Shown: positions 49,251 through 63,780 of the stretch, in pieces
How positions within the stretch are numbered: position 1 is the first letter of the stretch
Layout: every line of letters starts with the position of its first letter
Source of the DNA: Callorhinchus milii
Lineage: Eukaryota
DNA: 64,000 nt
Direction: 5' to 3'
NCBI RefSeq assembly: GCF_018977255.1
Contig: NW_024704748.1
Coordinates: 11,718,001-11,782,000 of the forward strand
Program-made: the position numbers and the translations under genes
The notes under the pieces: generated by a model
Told to the model about the DNA's origin: nothing
The model's input: the letters and a program-made list of their open reading frames with translations, nothing else
Database searches by the model: none

Positions 49251-51699
49251 CCCAAGGAGGATAGTATCCAATATTAATATTAATTAAAAACAGCATTTAT
49301 AATAATAATCGTTGCATCAATATAGCATCTTATCATGTCTTCGAGATGTCTCAAAACTCTACCAGAATATATCGTAAAGTGAGTTGACTGTATATTTTGT
49401 GAGCAAAACAATGTTTCTTTGCATTTTTGTACACCTGTTCAAACAGGTGGGCTAATATTGTTTTTATCTCATCCTAAAACAGTGGGTGTAATACCTGTTA
49501 CCTTCAGTAGTCACTTGCCTCTGCTGACAACTGATGAAGCTTGCAGGGTCAGCACAGATAAGAAAATTGATACTGGAAATAAAACTAAAAAACCTTTTGG
49601 CCTGGATTTGCCATAAGGTTAATGACTGTTGTGGACTGGCATTTTTTTAAAAAAATAATCCTACCGTTTAGTTAAAGATTAAATGGCAAAGCATTACCAG
49701 ATGGTGAGTAAATATGAGAAATGAGGATGGCACAAGAATGGTTGCTGTTGATAGAATTTTGGTGAGGTAAGTCATTTGAAAAGCAAACTAAACCATGCCA
49801 AAGTACCTTTGTTGGCAGCTAAATGCCACTTTGTAGCTAATTAATTATATTATCCAACTTCAGCTTTTCCAGTAAATGACCCAAAAATGATCCTTTTAAA
49901 GAAGTGATCGAAGCTTAGGTTACGGCTATAGTTGCACTGCTCTTTGACGAGCAAGAAAGGGAAGTGGTATTATGAAGAGATCCTTGGTGCTAGAGTAGTC
50001 AGGAAAGGAGCTGGCTTCTGGGAATACATTACTGAATTATGACCATTTCCGAAATATTCTACTTGACTTCTTCAATTAGTAATGTTTTTTAGTTAGGACA
50101 TAGATTGACTAGATTGTAGGTTTAATTTCCGAATCTCGGAAGTGTTTTATAGCTCTTGTATATTTTAAAATGGAAACAGTACTGTGATGTTACATGAAGG
50201 CTCAAGAAGTACAAAGGAAACAAGTATTTTACGTGGACATAAGTATCAGAAGTGAATCGTGAAACTGTATAATGATGAAGGGCAAGTACTTATAACCAGC
50301 TGAAGTGCTTGAATGAATAACCACTTAATAAACAATGACTACTACTGAATAGAAAAAACTAATAATAATTTGGACACTGAATCCACGACTATTTGTGGGA
50401 TGCTGCTGTGTGCAATTGGCTGCCGCAATTTTGCCAACAAAATTGTATATATTAGATGTAACAATATATTTGTTTAGCCCATGTTCGTTAGACTGACACA
50501 TGCCCAAGTAATTGCTAAAACCTCCTTGCGATGTACAAATCAAATTTTATTTGTTGCGGGGGAATCGCATACCTATATTTTTAAATCAGTCTGAAATGAC
50601 AATCATCCTCAGAACTGCTCAATGTATGTATTGGACTTATTTTTTCTAAATTTTTGAACCTTCTCATTAGTGCAGGACACCACCAAATTCAAAAACAGTT
50701 AAATGGTCATGAAGGAAAGTTCCAAGCTTCTAAATTTGGGGTGATCAAAGTCCTGGGGATATATGTGCAATAATATGATTGTGTGTGTGTTGCATTTGAT
50801 TTCTACACTGAATGAAGAAGAGTGTGCTGTTCCATGCATTTTATCTTCAGAAAGAGCTTTTTAGTTGGGGAGCTTCAGGGGGAAAGTCAGAGGAACAGCA
50901 CAAAAATAGAAGGGTTTAAACTGAGAAGAAAGAGTCAACTATCAGATAATAAGTGTTTTGTTCTATCCTGTCCAGAAATGTTTGAGAGATGCTAGAAAAA
51001 TCTCCACAAATATTGGAGTCTTGGATGAGTTTCACCTTTTTGTAAATAGTTGAGAGGAAAATTAAATGCTTGGTGTGAAGAGAAAACAAATTTTGTAAGA
51101 TACAATGGAGACAGGAGAATCTCATTTTAGATCAGAGTAATGTGAATAATGTGTATTTCTGATGTGAACATAACTTTGGTAGAAGACATGATAACTTGTT
51201 TTGAAGCACATTGGCCAAACCTTGTCTAAAGCAATAATAAGGATGGAAGAAAGGATAATTCTCAGATTTTTCAAGAGCTTTCATGGGCTCATTCTTTCCT
51301 GTTTGATCGACACTGTTTGTTTATTCCTACCTGACACCCTTTGCAGCTTCGTAATATTCTGCCCATCAATCAATCTGCTTCAATATATCTGAAGTCTGGT
51401 AAGACACTTGAAGCAAAGTGCTGATAGGGCAGGAATACGCTGACATTATTTATCATATTTTAGTGCCTACAAAATGTACTTAAGAGGTGCCAACCAGAGA
51501 TAAAGTTGAATTGGGTTGCTTCAGATAGATTGAGATGTCATAAGTGACAGAATATTTATGAAACGGCAATTGGTAGTCAGTAGGATTGGACTGAAGCAGT
51601 GCCTGATCAGACAGGGAAGAAAGAGGCGTGAAGCCTGTTCACTCCAGTTAGATTATCAGTTATATCACTGCAGATGAAAACATACGAGAAAGTCAGTAT

Positions 51700-52100
51700 A
51701 TTTATTTGTATAGCACCTTTCACATTGGGAGGACATCCCAAGATTCAGGACAGACAGAATTTCAGACCCAAGCTGGGAGTCGTGGAGGGCAGAGGGGGGA
51801 GAATAATAATAATCCTTGCCTTTGATATAGCGCTTTTCACGTCTTCTTGACGTCTCAAAGCGCTTCACAGAATATGCTGTAAAGCGAATTGACTGTAGCA
51901 AGGAGATCAAAGGCATGGTCGAAGAGGAAAGTCTTGAGATGGGTTTTGAAGATGGTAAGGGAGGGGGCGAGCCAGAGGGTTTACTGGATGGTGTTCCAGA
52001 GGATGGAGGCAGAGTGGCAGAAGGCCCACCCACCAATAGTGGGGCGAGTGAGGCGGGGGACGTGAAGCAGGCTGGAGCCTGCTGAGCGGAGGGAGTGAAA
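51700..52100 (-). mobile_element. L2 3' fragment interrupted by a SINE tail (51800-51895)
   Basis: L2 tail 51700-51800, SINE tail, then L2 body. Confidence 0.7.
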
Positions 52101-55100
52101 GTCACATTTTGTTCAGGGAAAAGTAGCAAATAATTCTCTAATATCATCAACTGAATCATTTTGGTAGGTGGAAAAAATACATTTCAGAGTGAAAAGGTGG
52201 TGTGGAGTGTTGTCATTTATCTTGTACTCAATGGTAAAGAGTGAAGAAAATGCATAAACCTGTCCACAATGTAAATACACTAGTTGCAAAATGCTTTTTG
52301 AGGTCAATAAACTGATGGCAATATCTGCTGGATCAATAGCAAACCATACCTAAGCCATATCAACTGTGTTAACTTCATTCTCTGGGGAGCTAATGAATAA
52401 GCCCAGCCTTTCAACCAGAGCTGCAAATCCATCTGTTAAACATTGGTTACCAGACCTCTTGATGCCCTGACTATATATTCCATTGAGTATAAAAATATAC
52501 TGGTGAATAAGTCAGAAACTGGTCTTCCAAGTTGTAAGTCATAAAATGTTCCAAATAAAATACCTACAGCAAAGGACTGGTAATTAAAATCCTCACTACA
52601 ACTTTTATAATCAAGATTTCCAGCAGAATATTCTCTACTCTTTATACAGTAGTTTGGCTCCTTGATTTTTAATTTTTTGCAGATAGCTGCTTATTATTGT
52701 GCATTCTTCATTCGATCGCAGCGATTTGGGATGTCCTCCTGACTTGAAAGGAGCTCTATAAATCTATTTTTCTTGTTGTTGTTGATCTGAATATTGGATG
52801 GATTACATTGGGCTAAACGCTTTGTGCCAACATACACCCAATATATTATAGTAAAATTTCAACTCAGAAGCGAAAGTGACACAATACTTTCACACAGATA
52901 ATTGAAAAGCTAAGAGATTTGCTTAAGCAACAAAGTTGATTGAAGTATGGAACAGCAAAGATTTGGCAAAGGCTACAATTTAGTGCAACTTGGATAATTA
53001 CAAGTTATTTTGTGATTATCACTCTAAGTTATCACTACAGCTAAGTTCTGTGTGACGGGAAAAAACATTTACGCCAAGCTTTTCTATTGTCTCGCTTGGA
53101 TGATAAAGCCACTATATGTGAAACTGAACTGTACAGGTATGAATGGTCTCTGGTTTGATCTCTGCTCTGTGCTGAGCTAACTGACACCATTGCCAGAGCT
53201 ATTGGATCAGAGGAGGGGGGAGCCAGATTTCAACTGCAAAAGCGGACAAGTATTTGTACAGGGCAGGTGAGGATGAATTCAAGCTCAGCTGCACTTTTCT
53301 GCATGGTTGAGTAGCCTGCTGACATTCATTATCCCAGGTTCATAGATGAAAAATGGACTCTTGGATAAGTTACTGCAGGGCAGTTGGCACCTGTCTAACC
53401 ATAACCCAGCTCAATTCAGTGTCTTTAAGACAAGAGAGTAAATCGGAAGAGGATAAATCAAAGGGTTACATTTAAAGATGGACCATAAATAAAATTCCTT
53501 CTGTTTTCATGTGTTCAGATTTATGGTGATAGTTGAGGGATATGGATTTGTAACCACTGGTAACCATGAAAATCTTAACCATGATATCCCCAAACCCCAG
53601 AAATCTGCCATTACAAAGCAAAGTGAATCGTCACCCCCTAACCACTGTGGATATTATTTGTTGATTTTCCTTTTTAAACCTAGCGACAAGGTATCACAGC
53701 TGCTCCACACCTGCCATCAGTGCAATTCTCTGAGTTGATGAGAAGCAGGTGTTGAGGATGGTGGATCAGCCAACGACACCTCATTCTCTACTCGCGGCTG
53801 AATAGTGCAGATTTACCGAAAAAAACAAAGAAACCCCGATTAAGCAGTCAGCAAGCTGTATACTCAACTTGAGACCCTGCCATGGTACTGTAACTTGTTC
53901 ACATTTTAATACAATTGTCTGACATTGCTGTTCCATTGAAATCTAAGTCTAGTTCCGAGTTTTGAGAGTTGTAGAGCGAAATCGCGCATTAACTTTCTTG
54001 GGATAATTCCCTCTGGTTCTGACAGCTTCTTACATTTTGCATTCAAAGGGCACGAATACGCACATTTTTGTACCTAAAGGGGAATTATATTGTACTGAAT
54101 TGCTCGGCCCTTCCAAAGGAAAGTATTCGGTATCTGCCAATTTCTCTTTATTGCTGTTTTTAGAATTGCTGGTCAGTATGATTTGTTCGGAGTAGCTATT
54201 TTTTGTAGAAATACCCCCTGATCGGATGGCATTAGAAAGTGGGCTTGGACAGAAAGTGGGCTGTGGACTTGGATTACTTTGCTTTGAATTTTGGGGCTTT
54301 ACCAACATTTGTTCTGGCTGCTCACTAGGCAAATATGATTCAATTTGTGATGCTCAATTGAAGATGACTGAAAACGATTTAACCACAATGTTTTGTAAAA
54401 CGGTTTATTTTTTTTAAAAAAACGTTCTTCTAAAGTAAAAAAAAGCAATACATAAAGTGGTAAAAAAAAATTGTCTGCTGGGTGTCTTGACCCACGCAAA
54501 AACCAAAACGTATCTATACTATAACCCCATGCTTAAGAGTTTTAAAGCACTGAGAGTTCATATGGTTTCCTCCATCTGTTATCAAGGATGCATCTCTCCC
54601 CAAGGCTTGTGGACGACTGAGTGTCCATTGTGGTGCTGCTGGAGTTTATCTAGCTAAAACACTGACAAGCATCTCATTGCTTGTCCAGCTTTGACTACCT
54701 TACCGATTGGGACTTTGGCTTACAAGGTTGACAGATGTAGAATGTTTTGTCTGATTTCCCCTTGCAGGTGACTATACTTTTTTTTGGTTGCCAATGACTT
54801 GCTTTTATCATTTCTATAACAACAACTTGCATATGTTTTGTGTTACATGAGCAAGACATGTTTCAAAGTGCTTAACAAATACAACAGAGAGAAGAAAGGG
54901 AGAATTGAGTATGTTGACCTGTGGCTTATATTGGTGAAAAGGTGAGGTAAGGATTTGGGGCTTTTTTGATCTTCCTTCTAACTTAGCTGCTTTTTTTTAC
55001 TTCCAGGACTGCTTTTTAACTGCTGACTTCCAGGAACCAAATGAAAGTGTAATTTGGCTACAGCTTGCACTATATATAGGATATTAGTATAAACAAGATA

Positions 55101-56849
55101 TAACCAGTTCTGTAATTGACCCGAGAATACTTGATGCTGTCAGTTCAGATCTATTGATTGGAAGTGAATTTGATCTCCCTCAGCATTAACATGACATCTT
55201 CTCCCTAAAGCAGTACATGTACCAGACAGTGGAGAATTACAGTCCAGTGCGTGCACTGTTATACAAAGGAGCATAAAAACCAGAGGGGATTTGCAGACTA
55301 CTTACACCATCCAGCTTCACATCATTTTACTTCACAGTTGAGTTAAAACTACCATTATCAGGTTGGCACTCACGCTATCAATAATAGTGGAACAAACAAA
55401 TTTGCATCATTCACACGGTGCGTTTCAATTCAAAGCAGCTCAACATCGGTCCAAAACTGAATTAGCAGCTGCCATGTAAACAGGACATTAAGAGGTCATC
55501 ATTCCTGCTGTGCAGAACAATGAATCATTGGATATGTGATGTCTGTGGACAAATTCAATTCTGTGTGTTAAGTTAATAATGAAGTGTTGGAATGTGTTAT
55601 CTATTAAGGACTTTGGTTACGTTGGGCTTGTTCCTATAATTGATAACTGAAGAAGTGAACCTCAAGGAATTTTTATTTATCGCATATTAAGGACAAGGTA
55701 AAATGGCACATTTTACAAGGACTTGTATTTAGTGAAGGCATGGAGATGCTGTTCATAGATTTACCGCATTCCAATTCAGCCAACGTGATAACTGCTTCAG
55801 GAAATAATCCTAATTGCATTTCTTAGGAGGCAGTTGTTAAAGTAAAAGGTTGGTGACCTTTACTTTACAGACTATTTATTGTCATAACAGCCAACTCCCC
55901 AGCACACGAACAGGCATAACCATTTTATGTGCACAGTCTAATAGAAATGGCAAATCCACTGGATTTGTACAGAAACAAATGAACGTATATGCATCACTAG
56001 ATTCAATCTTGATAGAAATAAATTCATCTCAGAGGCCAGGTATTGTGAAAATTCTTATCGAGTCTCATTTGTGCTGTTCACTCAGCCTGTTTGGTACTTG
56101 TACTTGTTACAATATAATAATAATAATAATACTGTCAATATGTTCCATGTACCAACTGGAGTAACTTTAATCTACCTTGTTCACACCACATCACAAAAAG
56201 AAGTGTTTCCAATGTAAAGATGAATAAACATCAGTGCAAAAACATTTGCAATTTCTATTATACTATTTTTAATTGGTACTTGAGGATTGCAATGCAAAGT
56301 CTATACAAAGTCTGTTTTTATTTAAAATTGGGTACACAAAGGATTTGTGTAATCTGAGGATTTTTCTTTATTATAAAAAAACTAATTCTAGAGCTAACAG
56401 GTGAACCAGATCAATAGCTGAAACAATTTGTTTTGGAAGGTACTAAAGGTGAGATCAGACAATACATTCTGAAACGTGCAAGGAATGTTGCAAATTCAAT
56501 GACATCAAATTGAGAACAACAGTTCACCGCATTAAGCTTTTACATTCTATAACTCGCATCCATTGTCAGCAACTACATTAAATGATTTGGAAGCCAAATA
56601 CCTATGCTAATTCAAATATTGTACATCAGGTGCAGAAACACCTGGTTTGAAAGAAACAATGATGTTCATTGAAGCTTATAAATGAGCAATGTAAAACTGG
56701 ATTTTCAGTTCATTTCATTTAACTAAGAGAATCTGATTTTATTGTTCTCGAAGAGAATAATGAACTTTGATAAAAGGTTTCGGTTCAGGTTTTTGCTGCA
56801 CAAGGGGGTGATGCGTTTTTTCTGCTGACATCACTCTTTTTGTAACACG

Positions 56850-57577
56850 GCTCTCACCTCCTTCACCTACCCGACCTCCCACTAAAACTCTCAGAACCCG
56901 TACGCAACCTAGGCGTCAGGTTCGACCCCCAATTATCCTTCCTCCCCCACATCCGGTCCCTCACCAGCACTGCCTTCTTCCACCTCCGACGCATTGCCCA
57001 TCTCTGCCAATACCTCTCCCCAAAATACAATTAAACCTTGGTCCATGCCTTTGTCACCTCTCGGCTGGACTACTCTAATGCCCTCCTCACCAAATCATTC
57101 AAAACTCTGCCGCCCGCATTCTCACCCACACGAAACTCCGCTCCCCAATAACCGCACTGGCTGCCTATCGCAGAGAGGATCGATTTCAAGATCCTCACTC
57201 TTGTAGTGAAGTCCCTGCACTCCTCTGCAGACCCCTACCTCTCTGACCTCTCTCCTCAAAACAGTACCCATTGCCTTTGTTCCTCCGGGTCTGGCCTCCT
57301 CCTTGTTCCCCGAGTCCTCCGCTCCACCCTCGGCGGCCCTGCCTTTAGCCACTATGCCCCGAGGCTCTGGAACTGCCTTCCTCACTCCCTTCGCTTCGCT
57401 CCCTCCCTTCCCATTTTCAGGTCTCTGCTGAAGACCTTTCTTTTTGATCGCGCCTTTGGTCACCTTCCTCCCCCTCCCCCTCCCCCGGCTCGGTCCCGGA
57501 ATCCGTTACTGTAAAGCGCTCTGTGATGCCGTCCGGCACGGAGGGCGCTATATAAATCCAAGTTGTTGTTGTTGTTC
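56850..57577 (+). mobile_element. L2 LINE 3' fragment
   Basis: VRNLGVRFDPQLSFLPHI...GPAFSHYAPRLWNCLP..LKTFLF remnants; (GTT)n tail. Confidence 0.9.
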
Positions 57578-58519
57578 TCAATCTTTGGCAGGATGTGTCC
57601 TTTGAAATTCAACATAAAAATTCTCTCAGCAAAGAGGATACTTTATTAAGAGATGCTACTTGTTTTATTGACCTCATGAGGTGGCATAGCTGAGTGGATT
57701 CCTCAGTGCTTTCTGGTCGCAAGTCTGAATAACCTAAGATGAATCCAAAAATAGTGCAGAATATCCTTTAAATGTATTCATCATTTACTTTGCAGAACCC
57801 TTTTCCACATGCATCGAAATTACAAACCCACAGGCTAAGATTGTTCCACAGCAATGTAGAATATTCATATCAAGTGACTGACATATTCACAGCATGACAC
57901 AAACTGCTTCATAAAAAGCTTAGTACAATAGTGAAACCACTATGGGCATTTCGATAACATCTGAACTGGCCATTGAACAATTATTTAGTTAGGCATGTAC
58001 ATAAAGTAAGTTTGTGTTCATGATATTCAGTCCTGATAGAATTGATAGGAAAATAACGTTACTTTCAGCTCTGTTGAAAGGTCATATCAAAAACATCAAC
58101 CTGTCTTTCTGTTGCAGATGCTGATGAATCTGTAGATTTTTCCTGTTCTGTTTTTATTTTAGAAAAAAGTAATCAACCGGCAGAAGATGTACAATACATG
58201 ATTCAACAATTCAGCCATATTGCTCAATTTGTGGGTTTGGGAGCTAATTCATAACTATTAACTGTTTTGCCCACAAATTATATAGTCAATTCACTTTTGT
58301 GTTGGCTTTTGGGATCCAGTGAATACAAAAGAAATAATAATATAATAATCCTTGCATTAAAAAAGCACTTCACATCATCAAAATGTCTCTTGACATTATA
58401 TACTGTAAAGTGGATTTTCTATGTATATTGTGGGTGAATGCAGTAGCCAATTTGCACACAGCAATGTTCCAAAACAGCAAGAAAGTGATGATGAATCTGT
58501 ATGACATTGGTTAGTCTGT

Positions 58520-58830
58520 AGCTGGAATATTCTATGTAATTTTGTGTGACTCATTTTAGAAAAGATATGAGAGTTATGGAAAGGGTGCAGCTTAGATTCA
58601 TGAGGATGATACCGGAGATGAAAGCATTATAGCTATAAGGAGAAGCTTGTCAGAGCAGTTCAATAGGGATATTTTTGATAAAAAGGACTAGCACATGTAG
58701 TGGAATGATATTAGAGGGGATGAGGAAAGGGCAGGGAATTGGGATTAGGATTGATGGCCCGCTCGCCCTCACCAACATTAAAAAAAAGACGAAATGGCCT
58801 TTGACTGTGTCGTACATATTTATGGTTGTG
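58520..58830 (+). mobile_element. CR1 LINE 3' fragment (others at ~38060-38220, 17040-17350, 10600-11050)
   Basis: AGGGTGCAG..AGATTCATGAGGATGATACCGGAGATGAA..TATAGCTATAAGGAGA and a …AATGGCCT… tail. Confidence 0.55.
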
Positions 58831-59149
58831 AAACATGGTGGAGAAAGCTGCTGGGGGATTCCAGCAGACTTTCATAATGCTGGTTGCTTCAATGCTTTGT
58901 GTTGACATGACACATTGTGGACACCCTCTAGATTGCAACTCTGTGAGTGAACCACAGAAATATAGGTTTTAAGTCCAGCAGGAGGGATTACTGTACAATA
59001 GCCTTGTACAAATGTAAAATAAATGAGTGTAGCAGTAAAAAAAAAACACTTCAGTGTGTAACTGTTTTCTTAATGAACTGAATTGTCAGAAAATCAGTAA
59101 ATTTTAAGCATTATAGGAAAAGTGAAAAATAATTACTTGCTCATAAAGT

Positions 59150-60893
59150 GTTTAGTAATGCAGCACCATGATCATTTCCCTCCCTGTCACCTAAGCCATG
59201 ATCCCATGATCCCCATCTCCTCTCTCCCCCCCACCCCCGCACTGTCTCCCGTAGCCCGCAGGCTGATTCTGCCCCGTTGATCACTCGCTCCCGGTCTCCG
59301 CGTGAACATTTTGGCTGCCGCCCCGATCCTGGATGGACTCCACCATTACCTCCCCCTGCTTCAGCCTGGGCATGCACCGCCAGGCCCATCATGGCTCCCA
59401 TGTTGGTTGGTTATCCCAGAGTAGCTACCCCAACTGTCCCATCATTCACTCTCTCCGCACCAAGCGCCTCTGAAAAGCAAACACCCCTTTCCCCTCCCTC
59501 ACACATACCCTTTCCAACTCTGCCCCATCCTCAAAGTCCATGGTCATTTCTCCCCCAAGACCCCAAATCCTCTCCATACCACTCTCTCCTCCATCCACCC
59601 ACCAGCAAACCCATCCGCATTTCCCTCCAAAATGTCCGCTCCCTCTCCAATAAAGCCCGTACTTTCCATGACCTCATCGTGGATGAGCACATCAATATTC
59701 TTGGTCTTACAGAAACCTGACTCTTCCCCAGTGACCCCGGTTCCCTTGTTGAAGCCTCCTCCTGGCTACACTTTTCACCACATGCCCCGCCCCAACCAAC
59801 ATGGCAGCGGGGTGGCCCTCATCTCCCAAGCTTCCCTTGGACTATCCCCTTTTCCTCTGGCTGCTTCTTTTCATTTGAGCACCTCACCCTCTACCATCCC
59901 ACTTCTCTCTCCCTCAAAATTCTCCTAGTTTACCGCCGCCCCCCCACTCCCCCCACAAAACCCTGGCTCCTTCCTCACTGAAATTTCTGCTCTTCTCTCA
60001 TCCCTGTCCCTCTGCACTGAACACCTGCTCATAATGGGTGATTTCAATCTCCATCTAAACTCCCCTTGCACCACCTCCTCAGATTTCACTGCCATCATCA
60101 TTACGCATAGCCTTGACATTTCCGACCTGTCCATCATGGACAAGGCCATCTCGGAGCACTTCCTCATCTTCCTCCCCTCCTGCATCCCCCTCCCCTCTTC
60201 CAAGGACTCCATAACTTTTTCCCCCCAGGAAAAAGCTTCCCACTGAGTCCCTCACAAGTGCCCTCTTTTTCTCAGACCTCCTCTCTCTCTGGCCCTCCAC
60301 CTGCAGCAAACTTCCTGATGCAGCCATCAACCTTCTCTCCACAACCTTCAATTCTCTGGCTCCCCTGAAATCCAGGGCTGATTCCAAATCCACCCACTCC
60401 CCCTGGTACAATAGTCATCTCTGGTCACTTAAAACTCGGACGCTCGAGCGCAGATAGCAGAAATCTGGCCTCACGATTCACCGCCATCTGTGGCCCGATC
60501 ACCTCCTCACTGCCAAAGTCTTCCTGTGGGCCAAAAACAACCGAAACACACTCTGCTGCCCGCATACTTTCCCGGACCAAACTTCATACCCCCAACTCAC
60601 TAGTTCTGGCCAGGCTCCACTGGTTTCCATCAACAAATGGATCCTGCTAATCCCTCACATCCTCCACTCTACCATTGGAGGTCGCACTTTCAGCCACTAC
60701 GCCCCGAAACTGGAACACTCTCCCTTTGCCCCTTCACTCCCTTTTTCAAGTCCCACCTGAAACCCTTACTTTTTGACCGTGTTACCACCTCCCCCCCCCC
60801 CCCCCCGGCTTGGAGTCAGGCTCTACCACTATTAAGTGCTTTGAGACACTACCCTGCGTGGAGGGTGCTATACAAGTACAAGTTGTTGTTGTT
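59150..60893 (+). mobile_element. L2 LINE with APE endonuclease remnant, large internal deletion and 3' tail
   Basis: LQNVRSLSNK..ILGLTET, GYTFHH.PR..GSGVALI and MGDFNLH motifs; the RT core is missing; ends CAAGTTGTTGTTG. Confidence 0.88.
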
Positions 60894-62879
60894 CAGTATC
60901 TTTAGCATCCTGTCCCTACGCTCAAAGCTTTTCCATCAAAATATGGATTTTTTTCTCTCGCATTACTCAAGGAGGGAAAGGCTTAACCACAGAAAGACAT
61001 GGTGTGTATCCACTGTTGTATACATTCATTTGCAGACAGCATTATGAAGAATTGAGATATCAAACGTCAAGTTTGAAATTATTACTTCCAGCCGATATCA
61101 CCCCCACTCTCACCCCCACTCGTTTAATTCTTATTCTCTGCACTAATAAACAAAAGATGTCAGCTGCTCAGTTGATCTCTGGCTCCTGCATCATACAAAG
61201 GTAGCTGAGTCTACAAAATTCTGCTCGCTCTCCACCAAACGTGTCACTCACCCTCAATCCCTATGGAGCATTCACTCCATAACAGAGGTTATAGGTCATA
61301 TATTTGGACTCCCCAATAGCCATGTTGAGGTTGCAGCTGGTGTTCAGTAATGTAGATAGCTCTGTATGAAGATATTGGAAAAGATTGACAAAATTTATCT
61401 GTAAGTCATTTGTTTAAACTAAACCACTTTTGCGAATGTAAATTTAAAAAAGAGAGAAAAATACTCTTGAATTCAATGTACAATGGCTCATCCAGTAAAT
61501 CCCAGTAAGGAATACGATTTTTTTTCTTAAGCAAATCAAAATAACCCCATGTACAGTAATGACAGTTTCAGTATTAAGCTGGTGATTATCAGTATTAAGC
61601 TGCTGATTTTAAAGTACAGTCTTCTATCACTGTGGTTTCAGTAATTGTTTAGTTTCTCCACGCACTGGTGAGGAACTATAATTGGAAATGACACACTCAT
61701 CACTTAAGGAAGCTCTGTTCTGGGAGGGGCAGAACAATGACCCATATCATAACCTGCTTGGTAACTTCAATAATAAAATGCATCCAAATCCATACCTTTT
61801 AAAGAAATTACATGTCCTTGAACAGGCCGTGGGTTCACTGTGAAGATTCCTCTGCCTTCAGTAAAACATTGCATATAAATTTTGAATTATTTGTGCTAGT
61901 TGGTTGTGTAGAAATGTTTTGTTGCCAGAAACATTAGTAATAGGCCTTTTTCACCACCAGGGGACTGTAGGACTCCACTGTTGTTCAATCAGCCCAGAAA
62001 GAAAAAATCTCGTTTGTGATTCCGAGCATATGCTGAGTTTCCTAATTGAAGGATGATATACTGTCAAAGAATAAAGTACAATTGTATTTTTAAGTCCTGC
62101 TGAACAGTAACTTGAAATGCGCTTCCCAGAATAAAAGCTTCTTCGTACAAATGTAAGTGATTTCCATGAAAGCAAATGGCAACAACTGAATTCAATTTAT
62201 GTTAAGTAAAACACACCATATGCTGCTTTTGCAGACATTGACATGTAAGTAAAAATTGATCCCTGTTTAATGAATAATGCAAGGACATTTTCTCTACAAT
62301 GCATAATGTTTGTCTATATTTTATACGTACATTTAAAAGAAATCTTTGCGTTGCTTTTTATTTTAAAAAACTAACAAATTACATTTTTTTTAACAAGAAG
62401 GTGAAAATGTAACTGGTTGCAAATGTATCCTAATAAGCTGATGGAAAATATCTCTAATTTAAAATTAAGTGGTTAATGGGAGTGTCTTGCACAATTTGCC
62501 ATCTGATCCAAGTTGGCACTGCGCCCCCAAAAATGTACAATACAGGGATTATGCAGTACTTTACAAATGGAAAATAGCCCCTAATCTAAGAGAATGAAAA
62601 AACCCTGAGATTCCAGCAAAGCACAACCAACTAGATGTCATGCTGCTACAGAACCTGGGGTATCTTAACTATATCAACTTTTTTATATATATATAATGAT
62701 AATCCTTGCGTTTGATATAGCGTCTTCGAGACGTCTCAAAGCACTTCACAGAATACACGGTAAAATGAACTGATTGTGTATTTTGTGGGGAAACGCTGCA
62801 GCCAATTGCTCACAGCAGTGTCCCACAAACAGTCGTGGATTGTGTATGTGTAAAAGTTTTTATCAAATAAAAGGCAAAT

Positions 62880-63780
62880 ACAAATATACAGAAAAGAAAG
62901 GAATGAGAGGATATTAATAAATTATACATGTACAGCATAGTGGATGGCACGTGCCCCCTTAGAGGGGAGGGAAGGTATCTTGCCCTTCCCTGGAGGGAAA
63001 CCCCACCTACTGGCCATTGTTTTGGAAGGAAGCCAACCCCTGATGGGGTTTGGGGGAGCCACTTGTTTTAGCATCCCCACCAGCACTGGTCATTAAACAT
63101 ACGATTCAGCTTTCTCATTCTGCAGATGATGAGGCATATTCTTTGCATCAGCTTGAACTGTGTACAATTGCAGAGAGATGTAGAATAGTGCAGTCTCGTC
63201 TCAGACCAATTCCCAATCCACAAATGATGTTTGGCCCATGTCCTCTTTCTGAATCATTCTGTACCCTCTGTGAAACCACTCAGAAGGTACAGGGCTGAGA
63301 TCTGACCTATCTCATGCTTGTCACCAATAAGCCACAATTCCACCAGTGAGTGCCTCCAAGGGACCTTGGCTGCAACACCTTCATTGAGTGATGGAAGGGG
63401 TAAGTTGTCCAGATATGCCCTTGTCTCATGAAGGATTGCCCCAGTTTCAGGTTCATACAGTGTCAAAAAGAATTTAGCAAATTCCTTGTTTATGTGATCC
63501 GGTCCTCTGTAATTGTGCCGTCTTGTGTGGTGATTTCACTTTGAATCTTTCTGTCAAGGGTGGTGCTCAAGTAGTTTTTGCAGCTTGTCCAGTTGTTCTT
63601 AATATCTCTCCTTGTTGTATCTCAGAGGTCTTTAGTTGCTTGAGGTGAGGAGAATTTTAATTCCTCCTCTGGCCTCGACTAGATCCCTCTTTATGCTAAC
63701 TGACCTCCATCACTTGTGGATGGATTCTTATTCAGTCACTTTTCCTTCCAAGTCACGTGAAGCCAGGAGCTCACAGTGAC
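62880..63780 (-). mobile_element. Highly degraded L1/Tx1-clade LINE fragment
   Basis: FFLTLYEPE..YLDNLPLPSL (pre-RT linker-like) and QFKLMQR...LNRMFNDQCW (zf-RVT-like) remnants. Confidence 0.5.

Noticed and set aside
61568-61610. Short tandem duplications (also ~38560-38610) as CRISPR-like arrays
   Set aside because: Only two copies, no unique spacers, eukaryotic context; simple slippage duplications.
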